A stretch of 64,000 nucleotides of DNA from the NCBI GenBank assembly GCA_040285745.1, contig JAUFOR010000007.1, forward strand, positions 1 to 64,000, given 5' to 3'. A model generated the notes under the pieces. That model searched no databases. It worked only from the letters and a program-made list of their open reading frames with translations, and was not told the origin of the DNA. The translations under genes were made by a program, and so were the position numbers. Positions within the stretch are counted from its first letter, which is position 1; every line of letters starts with the position of its first letter. Positions 1 through 12,521 of this stretch are shown here, in pieces. Source of the DNA: Barthelona sp. PCE (Eukaryota).

Positions 1-2
1 AA

Positions 3-3000
3 GTATACCATATTGGTACTACTATTGTAATGAGTGAGAGCGGTACGCTGACTACTGAAGAGAACCTTATCATTGATAATGCTCTCTTTGTTCGTGTGGT
101 GGTCGTATTGTTGTCGACAAAACACTTGTTGTTAACGGTATCATGGAAGTACGTGGTGGTGAAATCACCAACGGTGGTACAGTCGTTTGTAACGATGTCC
201 TCAATTGGGACAATGGTACCATCTCTGGTATTGGTACAACCCTTAATATCACTGCTCCATTCAACTTCCAGAACGTTATGTATCTGGAGGATAAACCAGT
301 GCTCAATATCTTCAGCACTTGGACTTACGGATCAGGTACTATTGTGCCTAGCGGTGAAACTGTTATCAACATCCTAAAGGATGCCAATGTTGATTTCCAA
401 GTCAACAGTGCTGCAGCTGTTCTTTCTGGAACAGCCAATATCTTTAATATTTACGGTAACGTCACGCTTCAATCCACCCAGTCTGTCATTATTGATTGGT
501 TGTCTAATTTCCATGAGGGATCTAATCTTTTCTGTAACAGTGGTTTGATTGCATTCAATAGTTACGCCGAGTTCGAATCAGATACTGTGATTGACGTTGA
601 CTGTACTGTTCTACTTGAGAATGGTACTTTCGCGATGCAGCAACATGCTGATTTCTCTGGTGCTGGTACACTCGATATCAGTAACGCTACCTTGGAATTG
701 AACGGTCATCTTGAAATGAGCAACATTTCCAATGGTGTCATTCTTCGTGACAGTAATGCTGATTTCACAATGATTTCCACGCCACGCGGTTCCATCACTA
801 TTAAGTCCGGTACTCTTCAACTTGATAACGGTAACGTCATCTTTGACAACCTGCAAGTAATCGGTGGTGATGTTAAGATGAGCTCTCATGGTACCATTGT
901 TACAATCAATGAGTATATGAAGCTCAACGGTGGTACGTATAGCCTTCCTGCCAACTCTCGCCTCATCATCAATGGTGAATTCGATTGGGTTGGAGACTTC
1001 GCCTCCACTGGTCGTGTTGAGATCGGTTCTACTGGTGTTGTCAACATGCTTCATCCTGAGCTGATCTCCCGTGCAGTTGAGAATGATGGAACAATCCATC
1101 TTCCGCATTCTGGTGTCTACAAGATCGAGGATCTCAACTCGAGAATCTCCACTTCTTCTAGCGGTCGCGTCTTTATCTACAACAACACTCGTGTTGAAAC
1201 GTTTGATATTGATACTTCCCTCGTTGTTGATGGTGAAGTTCTCATCTATGGTGATGTCACACTCAAGAACGTCAAGTTCACAGGTGCTGTGCATGTGTTT
1301 GAAGGCAATGTGCGTTGCGAAACTGAAACTAAATTCACAGGTGAACTTTATTTGTGGAACTCTTCGGTTATTAACTTCAACTTCGGCACACATCAGCTTT
1401 CTGGTAGTGTTGAGGAAGGAACTGTTGTTGTCAACAATGCTTCTGCTGTTCTGACAATAGGTTCACTTGACGTTAAGAACACCAAGTTCCATCTTACTGA
1501 TGGTCAAATCACCGTCACTCAGTCTTCAACTGGTGCAACAGTCGCTGATCCTTTCTTCACTGTTGATGGTGGTAGTATGACATTCAACCCAACAGCTTCT
1601 AACCACTCTGTTGGTGTCTTACTACTTAATGATGGCCTTGTTACACTCAACGGTGCTATCTACGTCAAACAAGCATTGAATATTACTGGTGGTGAAATTA
1701 CTGGCACTGGTAAGGTGTACACCGAGTATCTCTTCATGAGCAACGGTCTCATCACCACATCAAGTCAGTTCTATATCCTGACTGACAGTGACATGACTCT
1801 TACTTCCACTACTCTCCGCGATATCACATTCGTTAACATGGGTGAGATGCGTTGGAACTCAGGTTCTATTACAATGTCCAATGGTATCTTTATTAACGAG
1901 GCTTCCGGTACTCTGCGCATCATTGGTCTCGATTGTAACTTCGGTTCAACCGCCACTGGTATTGTACTCATCAACAAGGGTCTTGTTAAGAAGGAAATCT
2001 TTGGCACTACTTCCATTGCTGGCCTGCAGAACATGGGTAATATTAGGTGTACCGGTGGTATCCTTCAACTCATCTCTGAATCTGATATGTCAGGTGGTTC
2101 CGTATCACTCAAGTACGGTTCTCAACTGCAATACAAAGATGGTTCTCACAATATGTACTCATCTATTGAAGGTGATTACACTGGTATCCTCTCTGTTGAT
2201 GGTGAGTGGACTCAGGTAAGCATTTATGCATCTCTTCGAGTCTCATCGATTCAAATTAACGAAGGTACTGTTACAATCTATCACGGCGCATCACCCATGA
2301 TCTATGACAATCAAGTTTCTATTGAGACGTTTGGTGGTGTCATCAACATAGGTAAACATCCGTCTGCTTCATCATCGGCCAAATTCAAGAATATTGCCGT
2401 CTATGGTGGTTATGTTAACATTTTCAACACAACCAGATCAAACAACATTCTCATGAATGGTGGTGATCTGGTTATCGAATCTGAACTACAAGTAACTTCC
2501 ATCGTCACATTTAAGAACGGTTCTGTTTCCGGTGCTGGTCGCCTCAGTGGTGGCTGTAGCATTCAGGCTGTTCTTCCTAATCACTATACAAAACTTTCTA
2601 TTCAGGATTACGCATGTACTCAAACAATCTCTGTTGATAAGAAAGCTGAAATTCAGCTTTCCTATCCGTTCTCCATCTCCTCATCTGCCAGAATTGAAGT
2701 TGATGACGGCAACGTTCGCTTTATGCCTAACCCATGGCATTCACCCAACTTCGAGTTTGAAATCAACGCCATTAAAATCTATAAGCCTGCTGTCATCATT
2801 GAATCTGGTGCCAAGGTCACTTTACTTGACTCTCTTGATCTCACATCAGAGGCCGAGATCGAAGTCGATGGCGAACTGACTATCCAGTCAGGTAAGTCGA
2901 TCGTCTTCACTAACGGTTTAATTCACGGTTCCGGTACGATTGTCACTGATACATTTGTTTGGAAGGGTGGTAACTTCAACTCCACTGGTACCCTTACAAC

Positions 3001-6000
3001 TTCACAGATGACCATCAAAGATTCAGCTCGTTTCAAGGCTATCGCCGGTGAATACGAGGTTACAACAACCTCATCAATGAAGTGGGAGGCTGGTGCCATC
3101 AACTTCTACGATTACGGTAAGCTAATTATTGGAGCTGGTGTTTTGGCAGAGATGACTGGTTTCACAGCCAACTCTTATGTACATAATTCTACCGTGGCTG
3201 GTATCTACAACTATGGTGTCTTTAAGAAGCTGTCTAACGCAGAGAACACTGAAATCCAGGGTCTCTTCAACTACGACGACTTCCGTCATGAGCGTGGAAA
3301 ACTGTATCTTACTGGATTCACACTTTCAACAGGTAAGTTCACTGTCGGTCAGCCACTTTACATTCAAGGTGTTCTGAGTCTCCAGGGAACAAGCGCTGAG
3401 ATGTTTGTATACTCCACAATCTCTCTTATCGATGGTGTGCTCAGTCTTGACGGTGCTTCATTCGATCTCTCTGATCGTAAGTTCAACTTCGACAACGCTA
3501 CTATCGAGATGCGTAATAACGCCACACTTGTTAGCTCAATTCCTCTTGAACTCATTGATGTCACTCTTCATTTCAAGGATGGCATTTCATCATACGTAGC
3601 TGATGTCGAAGTAACAGAGAGCGGCCGCATTCTCATTGATGATGATGCACGTATCGGCTCTATTGACCTCAACCGAGGTTTAATCACCGGTTCCGCAAAC
3701 CTCACTGTCGACAACCTGTTGTTGCAGAGAGGTACTATCAACTCTTCCCTCGTGTTACACGTGAAGGATCTTGTCATTGACAAGTACGACACACACGTCA
3801 AGGATACGGTTGAGCTCAATCTTGAAAATGGTACGTTATTATGGATTGGAGGTAAGCTTCTTGCTTCCGACAACGCACGTGTTACTGTTGACGCTGATTC
3901 ATCTATTCTGTTCGACATTGCGCTCGAAGAGGCTGTATTTGAGTTCGTTGACAACAGTATTCTTGTCCTGAACGGTTCTTTACACAAGACCGACGTCAAA
4001 CCTGCCATTATCAGTCTTCCCTCAATCATTATTGGTGAAACTGGTAGTGTTTACATCCGTGATTCCATATTGCAGTTCAACGGAACAGCTTTGATCCAAG
4101 GTAATGTTACACATGTTACAGGTGATGCTGTTGTATTCGCCAACGGTGAGCATGTTATTGATAACACTGCTACGTTGACGGTCTCTGGTCAGTCTACATA
4201 TATGCAGATTGTATCAGACAGCTTTACCATATTAGGTAGAGTTAACATTGAGCAAATGGCCACAAATAACAGTGTCGTCACTATTGGAGAGGATTCACAT
4301 GTTTCTATTGAACTTCTTCACGTAGTCAATGATACCACGTTCACTTCTGATATATGTGGCTCCTTCATGGAAGTCACTTCATTCACTTTCAACCCTGGTG
4401 TTGATCTCACTATTGAGCGTGTGAACATGAGTATTGCATCCAACAACAATTGGAGATACGGTGATATCTTACTCGGTGAGTGTGCTGCACTTCATATTCC
4501 TGCTGGTATCAGATTTACTGTCGACTGTCGTGAGGACTGTACGATTGCGCCCGCAGGTGTTTATTCGAGCACTATGGTTCCCCGCATCGACGTCTGGGGT
4601 GAAATGTACAAGAGTGGAGATTCAGTTTTCACATTGGCCGCCTTTACTTATCTCAATGAAGGTGGTAAACTTCACATGCACCGTCGTCACTCTATCTTTG
4701 ATTTGGGTGATCATAAGATTGTTGGACCTGGTACATTCAGCATGGGTGATACCGCACAGATCCGCCACATCTCTGGTCGTCTCTCACTGCCTGAAAGCAG
4801 TCACACAATGCTCAAGAACAACTACTACCTGGAAGGAGGTGTCATTCATCTCAAGGCCGATGCTAACATCACAATTATGGCCGACTTCCATATTACAGCT
4901 GGTTCCCTTGTTCTTGAAGAGGGTACAAATGTGACAATCGATGGCGACATTGCAAGCTTCGAGATGGACTTCAACTGTCCTCTTCCTCCCAATGTGCAAG
5001 ACCTTGCAGATGACATTACATTCTGGGAGTCATTCTGTACTGGTACTCCAGGTATCCACCTTCTGGATGGTACCGCACCTGTTGAGGTCAGTGGTCTTAT
5101 TCTTCGCGGTGGTGTCCTCAAGGCCTCCAACGATATGACATTCCACCAACTTCGTCTCATCGAAAATGGTGTTCTTTATGCTCTCAACAGCAACGTCACA
5201 TTTGTTGGTAATTCATCCCTGAGCGATCACTACGTTCGTGATGATGACGCAGCAGTCTTTGCAGGTAACGGCTTCCTAAATATTGAGAACGGCTACTGTT
5301 ACCCCGATGATTGTGCTTGTTCTTATGGTTTTGATGGCAAGAGTTGTCAAAGTGATTGCTCAACACATGCAGTTAAGGATCGCTGTCTCACATACAACTT
5401 CTGCGGTTGGTGCAACACCACTTCCACTTGTCAACTGGCCACCATTGCCGGTCTACCGGCTGAGGGTGACTGTCCTGAGTTCTACTTCGGTGATGTTGAG
5501 GAATGTATAGGTGTTTCAACATCAATACCCACGTCCGAATCCATATCTAAACCGGTTATTTCTTCTTCATGGAGTAATATTGATCAAACTGTATCATTTA
5601 TCGTTGATTCACGCTATTATCGTGGTGGAATAACATGGTACTTGAACTTTGGTGAATTTAACCCTACCGAACGTAACATTACAGCTGCAGATAATTGTGA
5701 GAACCACGATGCAGATAGTTACGTGGTTGATGGTGAATTAATTGAATCAAGCAGTTTCATCAGCACTGCACCCCATGCAAACATTAGAGGAGCACTGTCT
5801 AACCCTCACTATCCCGCTTACACTCGTTCATCTCAGTATTGGTCTCTGACTAATACTTCTTGTTCAGAAGTGCAGTATGGTGCGACATTCTCACTCGCCT
5901 CTGCATTTGGATGTGTGGAAAGGTCTTCGGGTCGTCCTTATTGGGAGGCCTACGGTTATAACAACACTGCACTACTCAACATTAAGAGCACCCTCTTCTG

Positions 6001-9000
6001 GGCTGGTGTTGTTCCCAGATATTACGAGAGTCTAACTGGTGACATCACTCAAGATGAAATAGTTGCACAAGGCAATCACACTTTCTACGAGCAATTCGTT
6101 CTTCGTTCCGTTTCTAACTATTATGCCACATGTGGTGCCTCCCTAGAGTCTGCCACTTGTACACCTTGTGACTTGAGTGGCTGTACTACATATCCCGAAA
6201 TTAGTGTTCAATTCGAGCTTCTTGACCTCAAGCTAGTCAATACCAAGCCTGGTTTCTACTATAAGTATGAAATCCATATGGTTATCCACACCGTTTCTCG
6301 TCAAGGTTATGCTCTTAACGATCCTTCATCTCTGAAGGTGGGCGATATTGACCTGGAAGGAGAGCGTTTGGAGGTTGCTGGACAGGGTATCCATGATCAG
6401 TATTGGCTCATTAAGACGGCTGCTGGTTCTGCTCTTAAGAACCCTGAGGCGTTTGCAGCACAACTCCACGTTGGATGGATTCCTCAGTATTGCGGTCTCA
6501 ATACCACTTCTCTTAGCAGTTGTCGTGCATATGGTGGTTCTGGTCTTCGTGTCCGTTACTCGACAACCCTCCGCTTCATCAATACCCCTACCTTCAAGGT
6601 TAATTCCTACGTCGGTATGGTATTCTACGCTTCCGGTCTTACCCCTGAGGTTGATCCGTCAACATCATTGTTCGGTCCCTATAGCGTTGGCTCCACCATT
6701 CGTGCCAAACACTTTATGTCAATCAACGAGGTCGATTCTATTGATCTCAACGCCTTGATTGGCAAGCGCCTTGAGTACAGACTCAAGAACGTGTCAGTTT
6801 GCGTAAGCGACGGCGACATGCCTTCTTGGGACCCTGAAAACAACCACTTTGGATGTGCAGATTTCGATCCCACATACCTTGCCGTTGATGGTACTGCTGT
6901 CCAAGGTTCCGATGCCACAGCTTACAAGTTCCGCATCGAGAGCATGCAGCTGAAGTCCGCAGTCGTCCAAGACGACGGAAAGATGCAGGAGGATAAGGCT
7001 AACCTCTTTGGTACCTTCAGTTTCAAGGCTCCTAATTATGCAGTTGTCACGTTGGTTAACGTCCATGTCGTCGCCGATCTTATCGACGTCGAAGATGGAA
7101 GCATCCTCAAGACAGAACACATCATCTCTCCTGTTCAGGTTGAGTCATCAACAGTACTCCGAACTGTTACAGTTAATGATGATGAAGGTTCAAATACCCT
7201 ACTCATTGTAGGTGTTAGTGCTGCTGTTCTATTAATCATTTCAACGATTGTTTACTGTTTCTTACGTGGAAGAAAGAAGAGCAATCCTGTGAAGAACCTG
7301 CTTGATACCCAAAATGAGAAGATCCTCCGTGAACTCGCTGAGCTCACATCCCTTGATCATCAAGCTGTTTCAATTGTCAGTCCAAAGGACAGACTGCTCC
7401 GCACAATGCAATCTCTTACATCACTCGTCCGTACAGCCTCATCAGCTGGAATGAGTTTCACTCATTCTGAAGCCAGTGAGTATGATTTCGATAGCATTGA
7501 ACGTGGGCCTATTCATGATCTTATAGATCTTGAAAGTGACATCGACTCGTTGGGTGATGGATATGACGACGATTTTGTGGAAGAAAGCCTTGCTCTCGCT
7601 CGCAGACTCGATGAATGCGTCAAAGAATCCAATAATCTGCCACTAACTGTCGATGAGTGTGGGCATATTATAGAACTAATGTCAACCATATCACCGCGTA
7701 TCATTGATGCTGATCTTCGCACGATTCTCATCACGGTACAAACACAGGTCAACACTAATGAAGAGTACACTGTAGATCCAGCCTCTTGTATTCTTTTGAA
7801 CCGTTTTATCAATACCATTCCTGTATCACAGCCTGGTATTGATACTGATAGTGTCATTACCAAGTTGTCCATGGGTCTTACGTATTCTGCGCGTTCAGCA
7901 CCCCAGACACAACTGACTGCTATCGAAGCTGAGTGCTGTATGCAGATTCTCAACTGTGTACAGCTCATAACTTACACCCCCACTGAGATTGATGTTGTTA
8001 GCCGTTTAGCAAACACATTACACAGTGGACGTATCGTAACTCTCATGAATGACGAAGCACTGATGATCTCCAGACTTCTCAGTCGTGCTGCTGCGCCTAC
8101 ATGGTTACCAGACGATTATAGTCTTATCAAGCTCGTGTCATTGTTGCGCTCCAACGCCAGAAGCGGACAAAAGACCGTCCTATCTCCTGTTGAAATGGAA
8201 AGAGCCGCAGTTACACTTGAGAATGTTCCTGTTGGCGACATTGAACCTAAACAAGCCATTGACGTGGCTGAGTTCTTAAAATTGCGTGAACAGGGTATGC
8301 ATTCGATGCTCACAACTACTCGCGCTTGGCGCATCGCAGACGTTCTCGAAATCGCACAAGATTACGATGAAGTCGATGAAGATGAAGCTATGTGGTATAA
8401 CTACGTTGATGAAGATGTATCTGTATACCTCACCAATGAGAACTACGAAGAACCAAGTGAGGACGAAGAAATTGTTCGTCATGATATCACATCATTCGAA
8501 ATGAAGTCAAAGCGGGATGTCTCACCTCGTGAACGTCGTGCAATTCTTAAACGTCTCAAGATGGCAACAGAAGCTGGAGTCCGCCTACCTTTCATTGATG
8601 AAGAGGTGGTTACTGTTTCCCTCATGATTGAAGCTGATCAGATTGATTGCACTCATGTTGAGTCTCTAATTGAAAAGTTACAAGTTGCTGTCCAAGATAA
8701 CAAGGGATGCTACCTGCGCAGAGATGAGGCACGTGAGCTGTATTGGGCGTTTGATCCCGATAAGCGTCCTAAACCATTCACAATGTCAGCTCATATTTGG
8801 ACAGGTCATATTCCCGAGGATGGTATGTTCCTCTCTGATGCAAAAACTCTTAAGCGACTCATCGTCGTTGCGCCTGAGCAGAGTATCACTGATGAAATGA
8901 ATGCTTTTATTGATACTTTCCGTCATCGCATCAAAAATTGCGATGAAGACGGTATAACGTACTCTGAGCATGAACAAGAAATGTTGGAGCATATTTTGAA

Positions 9001-10078
9001 CGCAGCCTCAGAATTTGCACTCGAAATTTCTCGGGAGTTGGATTTCGAAGGTCAAATTGTTGAAGAGTACACTATTGATTCTGATATGGTTGCTATTTGT
9101 TTCTCTGTCGTTTCATCGCTTAAGGATGTACTTGATAGCACTTCCGAAAAGGCTATGTACAAACTACTTAAACGTGCTTATCGTGAAAATGAACCTACCA
9201 TTTTGATTTCTGAAATTGCATTGGTTCTTTCAGAAGTATTACAAAAGGCATTCAAGCCTCTGTATTTTGATTCATATTTTGAAGAAGAAGAAGAGGAAGA
9301 AGAAGCAGAAGAAGAAAAAACAAAAGAAGAAGAAATTCCTGTCGAAGAAACGGTCGAAATCAATGATATTGAACAGACAGAAGATCTTCCTGTTCTTGAT
9401 GGTGAGCAATTACCTGAAGAATCGATTCCCATCGCTGAAGAAGATGAGTTACCTGTTATTGAAGAATCTCTTCCACCACTTCAAACCGTTTCAAAGATGG
9501 AGGATGATTTTACAGTTGGCATTCAGCAACAGCCTGAATCTGAAGGTAGTGAAGTGAGTAACACTTCTGGTAAGCGCAAACGTAAAAAGAAGAAAAAGTC
9601 AGACAGTCTGGAAGATCGTCTACTTGCTGCAGCAACGCAACAAAACATCCCCAGTCCCGTTAAGGAGGTTGACCAGAGAGCTTTGAAGAAGGCTAAGAAG
9701 GATAAGGTTGTTCTTGAAATTTCCGCAAGATTGAGCAACATTGGTGTAAGTGAATCACCAGTTATGGCATTATCTCCGCTTTATGCCAAAAAACTGAGTG
9801 AAGTTCTCACACATCTTGTCTATTGGGAAGCTACTGATGATGAACAAAGAATTATTGAAATTATTCAACAAGCTGCAGCCAAACGCAGACCCATCCTGTT
9901 ACAAAATGAGGAGGTTGAAGTTACTCAAAACATGATCTCTCGTTGTTTAGAATCTGGTGAAGGTACTGCTGAAGAGAACGGAACTATGAAACGTGAAGTT
10001 TCTTTGCAAGATTTATCTCATAAGTTTGGTTCAGATGATAAAAAACGTAAGAAGAGAAAAAGAAAACGCCGCAACTAA
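3..10078 (+). CDS. Giant type I membrane protein (>3300 aa, 5'-truncated by the window, apparent frameshift at ~96-97): Gly/Asn/Thr-rich beta-helix-like repeats, EGF-like and PSI-like Cys modules, ZP-like/FRAS1-FREM2-like domain, one TM, ~930-aa cytoplasmic tail
   Basis: Long ORF 143..10078. The repeat-like coding sequence continues upstream in another frame. EGF-like CYPDDCACSYGFDGKSC; PSI-like CLTYNFCGWCNTTSTC; TM NTLLIVGVSAAVLLIISTIVYCFL followed by RGRKK (~7193-7280). Confidence 0.85.
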
Positions 10079-10163
10079 TTAAGCGGTTTATTATGATTTT
10101 CTTCATTCAAACAAACAAACATTAATATAGTAAAAACAAATATAAAACTTTGATCAATGCTGT

Positions 10164-11969
10164 TTACTGATTAATAGGTGCGTTTTCTGGTCTGTAATAA
10201 CCTTGCGAATTGTCATTATCACGATGATTTCTACGATCCCCACGGTAGCCACGGTTGTTATTGCGACGGTTCATGGGACCTCCACCACCTTGACGTCTGT
10301 CTCTGTATCTCCTGCGACCGCCTCTACGACCACCACGGTGACCGCCTCTAAACCTCTGGGCTTGCAACAGGAACTCGGGAATTTCTTGCTCTGCTTCACG
10401 AAGAATATTGAGCAAATCCTTAATGCATTTGGAATCACCTCTAATAGAGAAGTATGAACGAGAAATTCCTTCCTTACCGGCACGACCAGTACGACCAATT
10501 CGATGAATATAATCAGTACAGTTACCAGGGAAGTCATAGTTAATAACAACTTCCAGATCACGAATATCAACACCTCTTGATACAACGTCTGTTCCAATAA
10601 GAACCTGACAGTGACCACGCTTAAATCTGTTGAGTGACTGCTCGCGCATTGACTGTGTCTTATCACCATGAATACCTTCACAAGACATTCCTTGTGACTG
10701 AATAAGATCGACCAAACGTTCAACTTCGTTCTTCTTTGCAACGAAAATAAGTGCACGTTCTCTCTTTAAAGTCATGAGGTAGTTGAGCAGATCGTGCTGC
10801 TTTCGAATGGAATCGGCATCGACAAACTCTTGTTTAATAGCCTTGTTTGCTCTATGTTGATCAGCTTCAGCAATAACCAACTTAACAGGGTTGGAAATGA
10901 AATCATTGGCCAAAGAAACAACCTCCTTAGGCCATGTAGCACTGAACATCAGTGTCTGACGATCGGGTCTCGTCTGACCAACGATAGAACGCACTTGATC
11001 CTCGAAACCCATCTCAAGCATACGATCGGCCTCATCCAAGACAACATAAGACACACGATCAAACATTAAAACGCCTTGCTTGATCAAATCAATGATACGA
11101 CCAGGCGTACCGACACAAATAGAACAACCATAACGAATCCATCTCAACTGAGCACTCTTACGAGTACCTCCATAACAGGGGACAACGGGCATATCGCGAT
11201 AGTGACAAAAGTTCTTCATTTCATCGACAATCTGCATTGCTAACTCTCTTGTGGGTGTCAGCACAAGCATGACAGGGCCTTCCTTGTGGTGCTGCTGTGC
11301 AGCGGTATGAATGATACCAGGAAGAGCAAAAGCTAAAGTCTTACCAGAACCGGTTTTTGCGACACCAATAAGATCTTTACCTGACATAAGAGCAGGCCAA
11401 GCACAAGCTTGAATAGAAGAAGGTTTCTCGAAACGGAGACGCTTGTAAATGGTATCAAGCATGTGTGTGGGGAAGTTCATGTGATAAAATTCCTTGATGG
11501 GCCTGGGGATGGCTTCATGATAGTCAATTCTTGCCTCATGCTCATTATATATCTCAGCAACCTCCTCGTCTGTGAATTTGGTCACATCTTCGTGTTCCTT
11601 ATAGAAATCACGCTCAAATGGTTCCAACTTAGCTTCAGAAAAATCTTTTGCCTCAAGATAGAAAGCATCATCATTATAACCACCAGAAGGAGCGTTGTAA
11701 TCGCTCCACGGGTTCTTACGACGATCGTAATCATGATTGTTGTTGTAACTAGGAGCATAAGAATTGTAACCTCCATTAGAAGGCTGATAACCCTGATACC
11801 CTTGCTGATACCCACCATAATTCGACTGCTGTTGGTGACCGTACCCCTGGTAACCTCCGTAGCCTTGTTGCTGCTGAGGTTGCTGGAAATTCGGTTTCTG
11901 AACTTGCTGATTTTGCTCATCAACACTGCTGTCGTGGTTCTCCGATTTGCTTTGATTGTCCCAACTCAT
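10164..11969 (-). CDS. DBP2: DEAD-box RNA helicase, DBP2/DDX5/p68 family
   Basis: Intact AKTGSGKT, PTRELA, TPGR, LDEAD, SAT and HRIGRTGR motifs. DBP2-like FERDFYKEH, QTRPDRQTLMFSATWPKEV. Q/G/Y-rich N-terminus and RGG tail. Start set at MSWDNQ. Confidence 0.88.
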   Translation of the reverse strand: MSWDNQSKSENHDSSVDEQNQQVQKPNFQQPQQQQGYGGYQGYGHQQQSNYGGYQQGYQGYQPSNGGYNSYAPSYNNNHDYDRRKNPWSDYNAPSGGYNDDAFYLEAKDFSEAKLEPFERDFYKEHEDVTKFTDEEVAEIYNEHEARIDYHEAIPRPIKEFYHMNFPTHMLDTIYKRLRFEKPSSIQACAWPALMSGKDLIGVAKTGSGKTLAFALPGIIHTAAQQHHKEGPVMLVLTPTRELAMQIVDEMKNFCHYRDMPVVPCYGGTRKSAQLRWIRYGCSICVGTPGRIIDLIKQGVLMFDRVSYVVLDEADRMLEMGFEDQVRSIVGQTRPDRQTLMFSATWPKEVVSLANDFISNPVKLVIAEADQHRANKAIKQEFVDADSIRKQHDLLNYLMTLKRERALIFVAKKNEVERLVDLIQSQGMSCEGIHGDKTQSMREQSLNRFKRGHCQVLIGTDVVSRGVDIRDLEVVINYDFPGNCTDYIHRIGRTGRAGKEGISRSYFSIRGDSKCIKDLLNILREAEQEIPEFLLQAQRFRGGHRGGRRGGRRRYRDRRQGGGGPMNRRNNNRGYRGDRRNHRDNDNSQGYYRPENAPINQ

Positions 11970-12521
11970 TCTCTGAATATTTCGTACTGAAAAGGGTTGA
12001 AAAAAACAAAGTAAGTAGTTCAACATGAATTTCAGGATATCTTATGCGGGCCAAGACTTTATCAGGTACGGATATGCAATTTATGACAACTTAATGACTG
12101 AAATATGCTCAAAAAAAGTGCCTGAGATAACCATTCAATGACACTCAGAAACTAGGTTTGACGTTATAACCACCACAGTCTTCAGTATTAATACTCGTTA
12201 TGACCATATATGACACACTTCTGGATTAACTTAAACAACTTATTCGTAAACAAACATTTAAATCCATTATATAGCTGCGTTCGACATGGCCATGTGACCC
12301 TAAACACCATTTAAGGTTGCTTTAATGTTAGTTTTAGCACTGTATGCTTTACAACTATAACCTTTCAAAGCCAGGTATAGATTGAAGTATTTATTTGACT
12401 AGTGTATCCTCAAACCAGCGTATTCTATAATATTTGCTTTTTCCAAGTGATAGGAAGAATCGAATATTTAAGGAATGAATATGTAAAAATTTGGAGTACA
12501 TATTCTCACCCTTCTCACACA

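Noticed and set aside
11970-12521. Longest intergenic gaps (this one and 55490-56071) as hidden RNA genes or small genes
   Set aside because: No tRNA boxes, snRNA motifs, repeats or credible ORF recognised by eye. An Infernal/Rfam scan would be needed.
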